A DNA stretch of 49,657 nt from Gaiellales bacterium (GCA_051955775.1 JBQCGJ010000111.1:1-49657); one strand, 5' to 3'; shown: positions 8,801 through 17,181, numbered from the stretch's first letter. Notes: a model not told the origin generated them from the sequence alone. Numbers and translations are program-made.

Positions 8801-10920
8801 GCGGCGGTCAGGTCAGCATCCTGGACGGAAACACCTTCGTCGTGTCCGACGACTGCGGCGACATCGACCCGTCGCCGGTCGACACCACGGGCCTGTTCGC
8901 ATGGGACACGCGGTTCCTCTCGGAGTGGGTGCTGACGGTCAACAGCGAGCGGCTGTCGAGCCTGTCCACCGACGCCCTGCAGTACTTCCAGACGCGGTTC
9001 TTCCTGGTCGCGGGGACCGGCACCGTGTACGTCGACGCCAAGCTTTCGGCGATCCGCACACGCTCGGTCGGCGACGGCTTCCACGAGGAGCTTTCGCTGA
9101 TCAACCACGCGGAGGAACCGGTGGACCTCGAGGTGCGGATCGACGCGGGCGCCGATTTCGCCGATCTGTTCGAGGTCAAGGACGCACTGGCCAAGCAGGG
9201 CACGTACGAATCCCGCGTGGAGGATGGACGGCTGGTGCTGGGCTACCGGCGCGAGGAGTTCCACCGGGAGACGGTGATCACACCCAGCCGGCCCGCCGAC
9301 ATCGACGAGCGCGGTTTCGCGTTTTCCGTGACCGTGCAGCCCAAGGAGGAGTGGTCGGTCGACATCGACGTGGTCGCCTCGGCCGCCGCCAGCGGTGGCG
9401 GCCCCGCCACGTCCAAGTACGCCACGGGCAGCCGCCGGGCGCGTCCCAACATGGAGAAGGACCTCGAGGCCTGGGTCGCCGACGCGCCCACGGTCGACTG
9501 CGACTGGGAGCCGCTCGAGAACACGTACTCGCGTAGCCTGGTCGACCTGGCGGCGCTTCGCTTCTCGCCGCTCAGCGCTCGGGGCCGCAGCCTGCCGGCG
9601 GCCGGACTGCCGTGGTTCATGACCATGTTCGGCCGCGACAGCATCTTGACCAGCCTGCAGTGCCTGCCGTTCACCCCCGAGCTGGCGGCCACCACGCTGC
9701 GCGAACTGGCGGCCCGGCAGGGGTCTCGGGTGGACGACTTCCGCGACGAGGATCCCGGGCGGATCCCGCATGAGCTGCGCTACGGCGAGCTGACGGCGTT
9801 CGAGGAGCGCCCGCACTCCCCGTATTACGGCGCTGCCGACTCGACGGCGCTGTTCGTCGTGCTGCTGGACGAGTACGAGCGCTGGAGCGGCGACCGCAAG
9901 CTGGTGCGCGAGCTGGAGTACGAGGCTCGGGCCGCGCTGCGCTGGATCGACGAGTACGCCGATCTGCTCGGCAACGGATACGTCTGGTACAAGCGCCGGA
10001 ACGAGAAGACGGGCCTCGAGAACCAGTGCTGGAAGGACTCATGGGACTCGATCTCGTATCGCGACGGGCGGCTGCCGGGGTTCCCCCGCGCCACCTGCGA
10101 GCTGCAGGGATATGCCTACGACGCGCGCATGCGCGGCGCCCGGCTGGCCCGCCTGGTGTGGAAGGACGCGGCCTTCGCGGCCGCCCTCGAGAAGCAGGCG
10201 GCCGACCTCAAGCGCCGGTTCAACAGGGACTACTGGGTCGAGGACGGCGAGTATTTCGCCGTTGCCCTGGACGCCGACGGCGCGCAGGTCGACTCGCTGA
10301 CGTCGAACATCGGCCATCTGCTGTGGAGCGGCATCGTCGAGAAATCGAAGGCGCGGGCGGTGGCCGCCCGGCTGATGGAGCCGCGGATGTTCTCGGGGTG
10401 GGGTGTGCGCACGCTGGCCGAGGGCGAGGGCCGGTTCAACCCGATCGGCTATCACGTTGGGACGGTGTGGCCGTTCGACAACTCGTTCATCGCCTGGGGG
10501 CTTCGGCGGTACGGCTTCCGCGACGAGGCGGCCCGCATCGCGGCGGGCATCCTGGACGCCGCCGAGTTCTTCGACGGCAGGTTGCCGGAGGCGTTCGGCG
10601 GCTACGAGCGGTCGATCACCCGGTACCCGGTGCAGTACCCAACCGCGTGCAGCCCGCAGGCGTGGTCGACCGGAGCGCCGCTGCTGTTCCTGCGCACCAT
10701 GCTGGGCCTGGAGCCGCTGGAGGATCACCTGATCGTCGATCCGGCGCTGCCGCAGGGCATCGGCCGCCTGGAGGTGCTCGACATCCCCGGCCGCTGGGGA
10801 CGCGTCGATGCCTTCGGGCGCGGCCGTGTGGACGTCGCGAAGCCCCTCGGGCTGCGTCCGCAACTCGGTGACGGCGAGCCCGCACCGCGCACCCGGGGGC
10901 GCCGGGCCGGCGTCGTCTGA
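8797..10920 (+). CDS. Amylo-alpha-1,6-glucosidase / glycogen-debranching-enzyme-like protein
   Basis: N-terminal GDE_N-like region (ILDGNTFVVSDDCGDI...LFAWDTRFLS) and a catalytic GDE_C-like region (LPWFMTMFGRDSILTS...GYHVGTVWPFDN...). The start is set at the ATG at 8797, coupled to the SCP2 gene. Confidence 0.85.
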   Translation: MSGGQVSILDGNTFVVSDDCGDIDPSPVDTTGLFAWDTRFLSEWVLTVNSERLSSLSTDALQYFQTRFFLVAGTGTVYVDAKLSAIRTRSVGDGFHEELSLINHAEEPVDLEVRIDAGADFADLFEVKDALAKQGTYESRVEDGRLVLGYRREEFHRETVITPSRPADIDERGFAFSVTVQPKEEWSVDIDVVASAAASGGGPATSKYATGSRRARPNMEKDLEAWVADAPTVDCDWEPLENTYSRSLVDLAALRFSPLSARGRSLPAAGLPWFMTMFGRDSILTSLQCLPFTPELAATTLRELAARQGSRVDDFRDEDPGRIPHELRYGELTAFEERPHSPYYGAADSTALFVVLLDEYERWSGDRKLVRELEYEARAALRWIDEYADLLGNGYVWYKRRNEKTGLENQCWKDSWDSISYRDGRLPGFPRATCELQGYAYDARMRGARLARLVWKDAAFAAALEKQAADLKRRFNRDYWVEDGEYFAVALDADGAQVDSLTSNIGHLLWSGIVEKSKARAVAARLMEPRMFSGWGVRTLAEGEGRFNPIGYHVGTVWPFDNSFIAWGLRRYGFRDEAARIAAGILDAAEFFDGRLPEAFGGYERSITRYPVQYPTACSPQAWSTGAPLLFLRTMLGLEPLEDHLIVDPALPQGIGRLEVLDIPGRWGRVDAFGRGRVDVAKPLGLRPQLGDGEPAPRTRGRRAGVV

Positions 10921-10925
10921 GAGGA

Positions 10926-11573
10926 CTACAGCGAGCGGTCGAGCAGCTCGCCGATCGACGCCACCGTGACGTCGGCCGGCGGATGGGCCGCCACCTGCTG
11001 AGGATCGAGCGCGTAGTGACCCTGGCGCGGGAAGACAGTGGTCACGCGGTCGCCCCAGGCCTGCTTCACGGCATCCAGGATGCGAAGCTTGTCGTCCACC
11101 AGCACGTACCGGTCAGCCGGATAGCGGCGCTGTACCTCGTCGAGCTCGCGCTCCTTGTGGATGTACACCAGGACGTGGCCGTCGAAGGCGGCCCACAGGC
11201 CGGAGCGGCGGATCTTGTGCGGCTGGAACACGACGTCGCCGTCGGACAGGATGACCGCGCGGCCGCTCCGTCCCAGGCGCGCGACGACCTCCAGGGCCGC
11301 GGGGTACAGGCGGTCGGCGAACGGGTAGCCGATCAGCCAGTCGGATATGCCGAGCAGCTGGGTGTCATGCGGATACGCGATCCGGAACCGCTGCAGCGCG
11401 CCCAGGTAGTCGGCGTAGCCAAGCTCGTCGCGCAGCCGTTCGAACTCGTCCCAGTAGCGCTGCTGGCGCTCGTCGCCGAACTCCTCGGTCAGATGCCCGC
11501 GCAGGTCCGCGGTCACCGCGTCGTTGTCGAGCAGCGTGTTGTCGACGTCGAAAAGGTAGACGGTGGCGTCCAT
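10926..11573 (-). CDS. HAD-superfamily hydrolase
   Basis: DxDxT motif at the N-terminus (VYLFDVDNTLLDN), a later SDGD motif and VLVDDK (motif IV). Confidence 0.8.
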   Translation of the reverse strand: MDATVYLFDVDNTLLDNDAVTADLRGHLTEEFGDERQQRYWDEFERLRDELGYADYLGALQRFRIAYPHDTQLLGISDWLIGYPFADRLYPAALEVVARLGRSGRAVILSDGDVVFQPHKIRRSGLWAAFDGHVLVYIHKERELDEVQRRYPADRYVLVDDKLRILDAVKQAWGDRVTTVFPRQGHYALDPQQVAAHPPADVTVASIGELLDRSL

Positions 11574-11607
11574 ACGCGAAGGCTCACCAGGTTAACACAC
11601 CTTTTTC

Positions 11608-11636
11608 TTGCGAGACGCGAACTCGCATGCTATGTT
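11608..11636 (+). promoter_or_regulatory. Candidate sigma-70-type promoter
   Basis: TTGCGA (11608-11613), then a 17-nt spacer, then TATGTT (11631-11636). It lies in a visibly lower-GC intergenic region, about 45 nt upstream of a GAAAGGAGG-led small ORF. Confidence 0.35.
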
Positions 11637-11682
11637 CGAGGCCAGCTTCTCGCAGCGCACCACGACCGAAAGGAGGCGACAG

Positions 11683-11775
11683 ATGGATATGACGTTTAGC
11701 CCGATCGTCGCCTCGTCGGTGTGGATCCGGCACCGAGCCGGCGCGCTGATGTGTAAGCCGGCCGCAACCGCGTAG
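11683..11775 (+). CDS. Small ORF, 30 aa (MDMTFSPIVASSVWIRHRAGALMCKPAATA)
   Basis: Not in the ORF track because it is below the size cutoff. GAAAGGAGG at about 11668-11676 lies 6 nt upstream of the ATG at 11683, and the stop is TAG at 11773-11775. No homology recognised. Confidence 0.3.
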   Translation: MDMTFSPIVASSVWIRHRAGALMCKPAATA

Positions 11776-11916
11776 CTCCCTCAGCGGAGCAGAACGCGTT
11801 CGAGGCGTCTCAGACGACGTTTCGTCACACGTCAGCCGCGATCTCGTGACTCGCGTTGTGTACGCGGGCGGCTGCGTGCGTTCACTACGACATCACGCTG
11901 AAAGGAGGTGACAACC

Positions 11917-12120
11917 GTGCTAATGGACTCGAACTCCCGCCTCACCGTCGGGCGCGAGCGCACAGAGAACCTGCGTCGGCGACACGAGACTGAAGAGTTG
12001 GTGAAGGCGGCCAGGAAGGCAGCCGTCGCAACGTATGTGCAGGCGACTCTCAGCAGGGCCAGAGTCAGGCGCCGGGCGCGTGATCGTGTTCAGAAACACG
12101 CCCAGCAGCATGGTACGTAA
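11917..12120 (+). CDS. Small basic helical protein, about 67 aa, unknown function
   Basis: The track ORF is 11908..12120. AAAGGAGG at 11901-11908 favours the GTG at 11917 (8-nt spacing) or the ATG at 11923. The protein is Arg/Lys-rich (RRRHETEELVKAARKAA...RARVRRRARDRVQKH). Third-position G/C bias is moderate. Confidence 0.35.
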   Translation: MLMDSNSRLTVGRERTENLRRRHETEELVKAARKAAVATYVQATLSRARVRRRARDRVQKHAQQHGT

Positions 12121-12156
12121 CGCTCGGATGCTTAACGGGCCAGGCGAAAGAAAGCG

Positions 12157-12196
12157 GTGTCAGACACCGTCACAAGTCCGTGACGGTGTCTGACAC
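12157..12196. terminator. Perfect 17-bp palindrome (bidirectional terminator-like hairpin; member of a repeat family)
   Basis: GTGTCAGACACCGTCAC (12157-12173), loop AAGTCC, GTGACGGTGTCTGACAC (12180-12196). It lies between two convergent 3' ends (12120 plus strand and 12218 minus strand). A diverged copy is at 46459-46498. Confidence 0.5.
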
Positions 12197-12214
12197 TGCG
12201 TAGGACACTGCGTA
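12192..12214. repeat. Tandem direct repeat GACACTGCGTA x2
   Basis: GACACTGCGTA occurs at 12192-12202 and again at 12204-12214 (period 12). The first copy overlaps the right arm of the palindrome. Confidence 0.6.
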
Positions 12215-12217
12215 AGC

Positions 12218-12538
12218 TCAGAGGGTGAAGATGCCGACCAGTTCGCGGAGGCCCTCGGCGGTCTCAGCGAGCTGGCGTGCCGTGGCTGCCAGCTCCTGCG
12301 TCGAGGCCGACGTCTGCTGAGTCGACGCCGACACCTCCTCGGCTGAGGCGGACGACTGCTCGGCGACGGACGCTACCTCCTGGGCCGCCGTGGCGATGTG
12401 CGAGATACGCCGGTTGATGTCGTCAACCGACTCGCCGATCTCGCTGAACGCGGCCCTGGCCGACGCGACCGTCTCGGTCGACGACACGGTGCGCTGCGCA
12501 CCCTGCTCGACGATCGCGACCGTGCGCAGCAGAACGTG
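12218..12538 (-). pseudogene. Methyl-accepting chemotaxis protein remnant (C-terminal signalling-domain fragment only)
   Basis: The frame opens right after a TAA at 12539-12541 and reads HVLLRTVAIVEQGAQRTVSSTETVASARAAFSEIGESVDDINRRISHIATAAQEVASVAEQSSASAEEVSASTQQTSASTQELAATARQLAETAEGLRELVGIFTL. This is the last roughly 105 aa of an MCP cytoplasmic hairpin. There is no HAMP, transmembrane or sensor part upstream. Confidence 0.6.
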
Positions 12539-12661
12539 TTAACCACATCGGGTCATCGGCCGGCGATTCTCCAGCTTGATGCAGCAAAACCAAGAGATTC
12601 TCCTGCAAGCTGCGCCTCCGGCAATCGGTCAAGCCCGACCGCCGGCGCGACCACGCTGTGC

Positions 12662-13327
12662 CTAGATCAGCCCCTCCCGCACCGCCTGCGCGACCGCCTG
12701 CGAGCGGGTGCGGGCGTCCATCTTGGTGACCACGTCGTGCAGCACGTTCTTGATCGTGCGCTCGCTGTAGGACAGCTGCACCGCCACCTCGCGGGTCGGA
12801 TGCCCGGCGGCCACAAGGCGCAGCACCTCCTGCTCGCGCTCGCTCAGGCGCGACAACGAGAGGCCGCGCGGCTCGAGCACATCCGAGGACAGTCGCGACA
12901 GGTTGCGCAGCAGCGCGCCCAGCAGATCCGGCGCCATCACGCCGGCGCCGTCGGCCGTCGCGCGCACGCAGCTGGCGAGCGCTTCGGAGGTCAGCGTGTC
13001 CTTGCGGAGGTAGCCGACCGCACCCGCCTGCACCGCGGCGATCACCTCGTGCTCCTCGGCCGAGGACGAGCACACAACCACCCTGGGCCGGCCGATCAAC
13101 GCCAGGCGCCGGATGAACTCCAGCGCGCCCGGCACTCGATCGTCCACGAGCAGCACGTCCGCCTGCGCCAGCTCGGGGTCGCGCTCGCCTGCCGCGACGT
13201 CGCCTGCATCGGACACGAGGTCCACGTCCTCGAGGCCGCTCAGGCACGCAACCAGCCCGCGACGATAGATCGAATGACCGTCGATGACGAAGAGCTTCAC
13301 TGAACCCGCCCGTCCAACCTCGCTCAA
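12662..13327 (-). CDS. NarL/LuxR-family response regulator (REC + LuxR HTH)
   Basis: REC domain (KLFVIDGHSIYR...ADVLLVDDRVPG...VVVCSSS...GAVGYLRKD) and a LuxR-type HTH (LSEREQEVLRLVAAGHPTREVAVQLSYSERTIKNVLHDVVTKM). TTG start at 13325-13327, with the GTG at 13298-13300 as an alternative. No histidine kinase gene is adjacent. Confidence 0.85.
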   Translation of the reverse strand: MSEVGRAGSVKLFVIDGHSIYRRGLVACLSGLEDVDLVSDAGDVAAGERDPELAQADVLLVDDRVPGALEFIRRLALIGRPRVVVCSSSAEEHEVIAAVQAGAVGYLRKDTLTSEALASCVRATADGAGVMAPDLLGALLRNLSRLSSDVLEPRGLSLSRLSEREQEVLRLVAAGHPTREVAVQLSYSERTIKNVLHDVVTKMDARTRSQAVAQAVREGLI

Positions 13328-13378
13328 CTTGTCCCCCGACCCGCGATACTACGTCATCATCCCCACGAGCGAAAGTCC

Positions 13379-13717
13379 ATGCCTGTAATCATCACCACCA
13401 ATGCCACGATCATGTGCAGCCACGGCGGCCGGGTCGTGCTGACACCGCACCAGATGCAGGTCACCGCGCAGGGCGGGAACATCCTGTGTGATCCCGACCT
13501 CGTTGGCGCGACGATCTCCGGATGCGCGCAGCCCTCGACGACCAGCAGCAAGCCGTGCATGACCGTCGTCTCGGTGCTCCCCGGCTCGACGTCGCTCAAG
13601 GTCACGGTCGGCGGCAAGCCCGCCTACACCTCGGCGCTGACCGGGATGACCGACGGCGTTCCGCCCGGCACGATCAGCGTGATCGATGCCGGCCAGACGG
13701 TCGCGACCGCCAGCTGA
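13379..13717 (+). CDS. DUF4280-like (PAAR-like) spike-tip protein
   Basis: 112 aa. ATIMCSHGGRVVL...GNILCDPD...ISGCAQP...KPCMTVVSV...VTVGGKPA matches the Cys-spaced beta-rich pattern of DUF4280 proteins found beside VgrG / phage-tail loci. It is convergent with the last CIS operon gene (3' ends 13 nt apart). Confidence 0.7.
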   Translation: MPVIITTNATIMCSHGGRVVLTPHQMQVTAQGGNILCDPDLVGATISGCAQPSTTSSKPCMTVVSVLPGSTSLKVTVGGKPAYTSALTGMTDGVPPGTISVIDAGQTVATAS

Positions 13718-13730
13718 GAGGCGGCAGACG

Positions 13731-15533
13731 TCAGGCCAGGAGCTGCCTGGCGGCTCCGAGCTGGAGCGCGTAGCGGCCGCGGTACATCGCCGCCGGTCGC
13801 TCGATGTCGGCCACCCATTCACCCCATGACGAGGGGTCGCGCCCGAATTCCGCGTCGCCGGCGGCGATGCGCTGCTGGCGCACCGCGACCGCCTGGTCGA
13901 TGAACCATCGCAACTGGAGATCCGGCCGGTGCGCGAAACCGGGGTACTGGGCACCCCATACCGACGCCCGCATCTGGAAGTACCCGAGCGAGTCGGCGTC
14001 GCCGTACTGGTCGTTGTGCAGCCCGGACTCGACCAGGGCGGCCATCACGGGCAGCTCGGGCGGCAGCCCGTGGCGACGCGCCGCCTGGGCCATCCACTCT
14101 GCGATCTGGTGCTTGGAGGCGCCGTCGCCCGGGTAGGCCATGTGCCCCATGGCCGAGACCTGATCCACGAACTGGCCGCCGCCGACGGAGGGCACCGGCT
14201 GGGTCATGGCGCCACCCGCGGGCGGGGCCGCCTGCACCGCCTGCACGGCTGGGGTTCCCGACAGCGTCTGCGGCCCCCCGGCTGCCGCCGGCATGCCGGG
14301 CGAGGCGGGCGTGGCCGGCGCGGAACCCTGCTCGAGCGGAACGACCCGCCGGGCGGCCACGAAGTGGCCCTTGAACACGTCCACGTCGGTGATGTGCACC
14401 GAGGCGCCGGTGTGCGGCGCCTCGATCACCTTGCCGTGGCCGATGTACATCACCACGTGCTCGGCGCTGGTGCCTCCGACCCAGTTCGAGAAGATCAGAT
14501 CGCCGGGCTGGAAGTGGCCCCACTGCACCGGGGTGCCCTCCGTGACCTGGTCGTACGTCACCCGTCCCAGGTGAACCCCGGCCTGTCCATAGGCCCACTC
14601 GACCAGCCCCGAGCAGTCGAACCCCTGCGCCGGCGTATCACCGCCCCACACGTACTCGGTGCCGAGCATCCGCTTGGCAGCCGCGATCGCGGCCAGCGCT
14701 TTGGGGTTGGCCATGGCGCCGCCCGTGGTGGAGTCCACGAACGCCGGGTCGACCGTGATCCGGTGCCGATGCGCGGCCTCCGACATGAACCCGGGCGATC
14801 CGATGTGCCACGGCGTGCCGACCGCGATCGGCCGCTGGCCCGGGGGCAGCTCTGACAGCGTCTGCACCAGGTCGCGGGCAGCGATGTTGTCCGGCCCCAC
14901 CGGCCTGCCGTCCACCTGTGTGATCTCGATCCCGGTCGGGTCGACCCGCCCGATGGTGACGCGGTGGCCACCCACGTGCGTCAGCAGAGCGGCCACCCGG
15001 TCGCCCATCCCGGGGTCGGCGAGGCCGGCACGAGCGTCGGGGGAGAAGCTGAACCGGGGGTCGTCGAGGGCTGACAGCGAGGCCGCGGCGTGTGCGGGAT
15101 CGGCTGTGCTTCCCATGGTCGCGGGAACGCCGGCGAGGGCCTGCGCAGGCTGGGCGGGCGGCTCGACGACCGGCGCGGCTGCCGGGTGCGGCGCGGGCAC
15201 CGCGGGCATGCCGAGGTGGGTGTGGGCGAGATGAACGGCCTGTGCGGCCTCGCCGTGCCAGCGGGCCAGCTCGTGCTCGAAGAAGTGGGCCACCCCGATG
15301 CCCTCCGCGGCCGCCGCCAGCACGACGCCGGCCAGGCTCGACCTCGACTCGCGCACCTCCTGGGTGTACATCGCCCGCTCGGGCGCGACCTCGAACTCGC
15401 GGGCCAGCGAGTCCAGGCCGAGCGTGCGGCAGGTACCCGCCTTGTCGCGGCGAAAGGCCTCGCGCAGCCCGGGGTCGACCAGCAGCCGCTCGATCAGCTC
15501 GGCGGCCCCGGTGGTCTCGTCAGGCGCCGACAC
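13731..15533 (-). CDS. Bifunctional peptidoglycan hydrolase: NlpC/P60 endopeptidase + SLT-like lytic transglycosylase domain, no signal peptide
   Basis: NlpC/P60 core (YVWGGDTPAQGFDCSGLVEWAY...HVVMYIGHGKVIEAPHTG). The C-terminal region has a transglycosylase-like ES...GYFQM pattern (MAALVESGLHND...DSLGYFQMRASVW). The N-terminus (MSAPDETTGAAELIERLLVDPGLREAF) is not a signal peptide. The GTG start at 15531-15533 overlaps the upstream gene by 14 nt. Confidence 0.8.
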   Translation of the reverse strand: MSAPDETTGAAELIERLLVDPGLREAFRRDKAGTCRTLGLDSLAREFEVAPERAMYTQEVRESRSSLAGVVLAAAAEGIGVAHFFEHELARWHGEAAQAVHLAHTHLGMPAVPAPHPAAAPVVEPPAQPAQALAGVPATMGSTADPAHAAASLSALDDPRFSFSPDARAGLADPGMGDRVAALLTHVGGHRVTIGRVDPTGIEITQVDGRPVGPDNIAARDLVQTLSELPPGQRPIAVGTPWHIGSPGFMSEAAHRHRITVDPAFVDSTTGGAMANPKALAAIAAAKRMLGTEYVWGGDTPAQGFDCSGLVEWAYGQAGVHLGRVTYDQVTEGTPVQWGHFQPGDLIFSNWVGGTSAEHVVMYIGHGKVIEAPHTGASVHITDVDVFKGHFVAARRVVPLEQGSAPATPASPGMPAAAGGPQTLSGTPAVQAVQAAPPAGGAMTQPVPSVGGGQFVDQVSAMGHMAYPGDGASKHQIAEWMAQAARRHGLPPELPVMAALVESGLHNDQYGDADSLGYFQMRASVWGAQYPGFAHRPDLQLRWFIDQAVAVRQQRIAAGDAEFGRDPSSWGEWVADIERPAAMYRGRYALQLGAARQLLA

Positions 15534-17181
15534 GGTCCACCTCCCTGCGCGGGCGGGCCCGGCGGATCAGGGGGGCGCCCAGCACGAACATCACGGGCAC
15601 CAGGACGAGCACATCGAATGTCGCCAGCACCGCCCACGCTAGCCGTGTGGAGTGTGTTGCGGACACCAGCAGGTCGTAGTACCGGCTGGACAGGAGCATG
15701 GCCAGGCCGGCGGCGACGATCAACCAGGCGATCCCGGCCACGGCGTACACCTCGAGCACCCGTGAGTCGGACGCCTCCACCGGCTGCCCGGCCAGCCGCC
15801 GGGCCAGCCTCTCCCGGGAGCGCTTGCGCAGCCCGGGCTGGCCGAGCGTGTCGACCAGGATGTGGTAGCCATCGCGGTCCAGGAACGGGTTGAGGTTGAA
15901 CAGGCCGCCCAGGTACGCGCCCAGCGCGAGCTGGAACGCCACCTCGGCGGTGACGCCGCTGGCGAACGCCGCGACCAGGGCGAATGCGCCGCCCACGGCC
16001 GCGTCCGACACCGGGCCGGCGGCGCCGATGGCGATGCGATGCCGGCGCGGTTCGAACCAGCCCTCCGAGGTGTCCACGAAGGCGTACGGGAACACCAGCA
16101 CGACCTTGAGGCCGGCACGGGGAACTCGCCGCCCGTACGAGGCCACGGTCAGCGCGTGCGCCAGCTCGTGCACCGCCACGATCAGAAACCGTCCCAGCAC
16201 AAACACCACCGAGCCGAGCCCCAGGCTTCCGGCGACCACCAGCGGCGTGACCGACCCATCGGCGATGGCCACCACGAATCCCAGGAAGCCGACAGCCGCC
16301 AGCCCGGTCACACCGGCCCGGCCGGCGCGCGTGAACAGCAGGAATCCGCCGTGCACGTAGAGCCACTCGACCCAGTTCCCGATCCCCGGCACGACCAGGT
16401 CGCGCGGCGTGAACATCCGAGCCAGCCGGCCGCGCGGCCCTGCGGCACGGCCGCCCTCGATTCCGGCCAGCATGCCGCGGTCGCCCAGCTCGGCCAGCAG
16501 CGTGGCCAGCCGGGCCGGCCCGTCGGCTCCCAGCCGTCGCTCGGCCTCCGCCACCAGCTCGGGCAGGGCCGTCGTCCCGTCCAGCATCAGGAGCAGCTCG
16601 GCCTCCTCCTCGCCCATCCGCATGAAGTCGTTGCCCTCGAGGTCGCGAACCACGTATCGCTGCGCGCCCTCCAGCTCGTCCAGCCGTTTCAGCGCCCAGC
16701 CGGAGCGCAGGCGCGGCCGCGGGCCAAGCTCGGCCGCGGGCCCGGCCAGCGTGAGCTGGGGCCGCACGAGGGTGCTTCCGGCGCGGACGAGGATGGTCTC
16801 TCCGGCCTCCCACTGCTCCCGGTGGCGGTCGACGCGAAGCTCCGTGTCGCCGATGCGGACGGTGGTTCCGGGCCGCAGCGGCCGCTCGCCCTGGATCTGG
16901 TTGCCGTCGAGGAAGGTGCCATAGCTCGACCCGGAGTCGCTGATGCTGGCGCGTCCGTCGTGCACGACGATCCGGGCGTGCCGGCGGGAGACGCTGCGAT
17001 CGTCGAGGCTGAGGTCGTTGTCCTCGGCGCGGCCGATGGTGAGCGAATCCTCCAGGGGGATCCGCCGGCCGTCGCCCAGCACCAGCTCCAGCTGCGGCGC
17101 CTCGCCCCACCTGGGGGCGCCGCAGGTCGGGCAGAACGGGTCGTCCCGCGAAACCTGGCGGTGGCAGGTGCGGCAGATCAC
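15520..17181 (-). CDS. Zinc-ribbon / FHA-domain / M50 (site-2-protease-like) polytopic membrane metalloprotease
   Basis: - N-terminal CxxC...CxxC zinc ribbon (VICRTCHRQVSRDDPFCPTCG).
- Canonical FHA domain (LTIGRAEDNDLSLDDRSVSRRHARIV...SSYGTFLDGNQI...RIGDTEL).
- Multi-TM region with HExxH (VAVHELAHAL) and the second M50 motif (FNLNPFLDRDGYH).
- I trimmed the track ORF (to 17940) to the GTG at 17179-17181, which overlaps the upstream TGA (GTGA). Confidence 0.8.
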   Translation of the reverse strand: MICRTCHRQVSRDDPFCPTCGAPRWGEAPQLELVLGDGRRIPLEDSLTIGRAEDNDLSLDDRSVSRRHARIVVHDGRASISDSGSSYGTFLDGNQIQGERPLRPGTTVRIGDTELRVDRHREQWEAGETILVRAGSTLVRPQLTLAGPAAELGPRPRLRSGWALKRLDELEGAQRYVVRDLEGNDFMRMGEEEAELLLMLDGTTALPELVAEAERRLGADGPARLATLLAELGDRGMLAGIEGGRAAGPRGRLARMFTPRDLVVPGIGNWVEWLYVHGGFLLFTRAGRAGVTGLAAVGFLGFVVAIADGSVTPLVVAGSLGLGSVVFVLGRFLIVAVHELAHALTVASYGRRVPRAGLKVVLVFPYAFVDTSEGWFEPRRHRIAIGAAGPVSDAAVGGAFALVAAFASGVTAEVAFQLALGAYLGGLFNLNPFLDRDGYHILVDTLGQPGLRKRSRERLARRLAGQPVEASDSRVLEVYAVAGIAWLIVAAGLAMLLSSRYYDLLVSATHSTRLAWAVLATFDVLVLVPVMFVLGAPLIRRARPRREVDRVGA

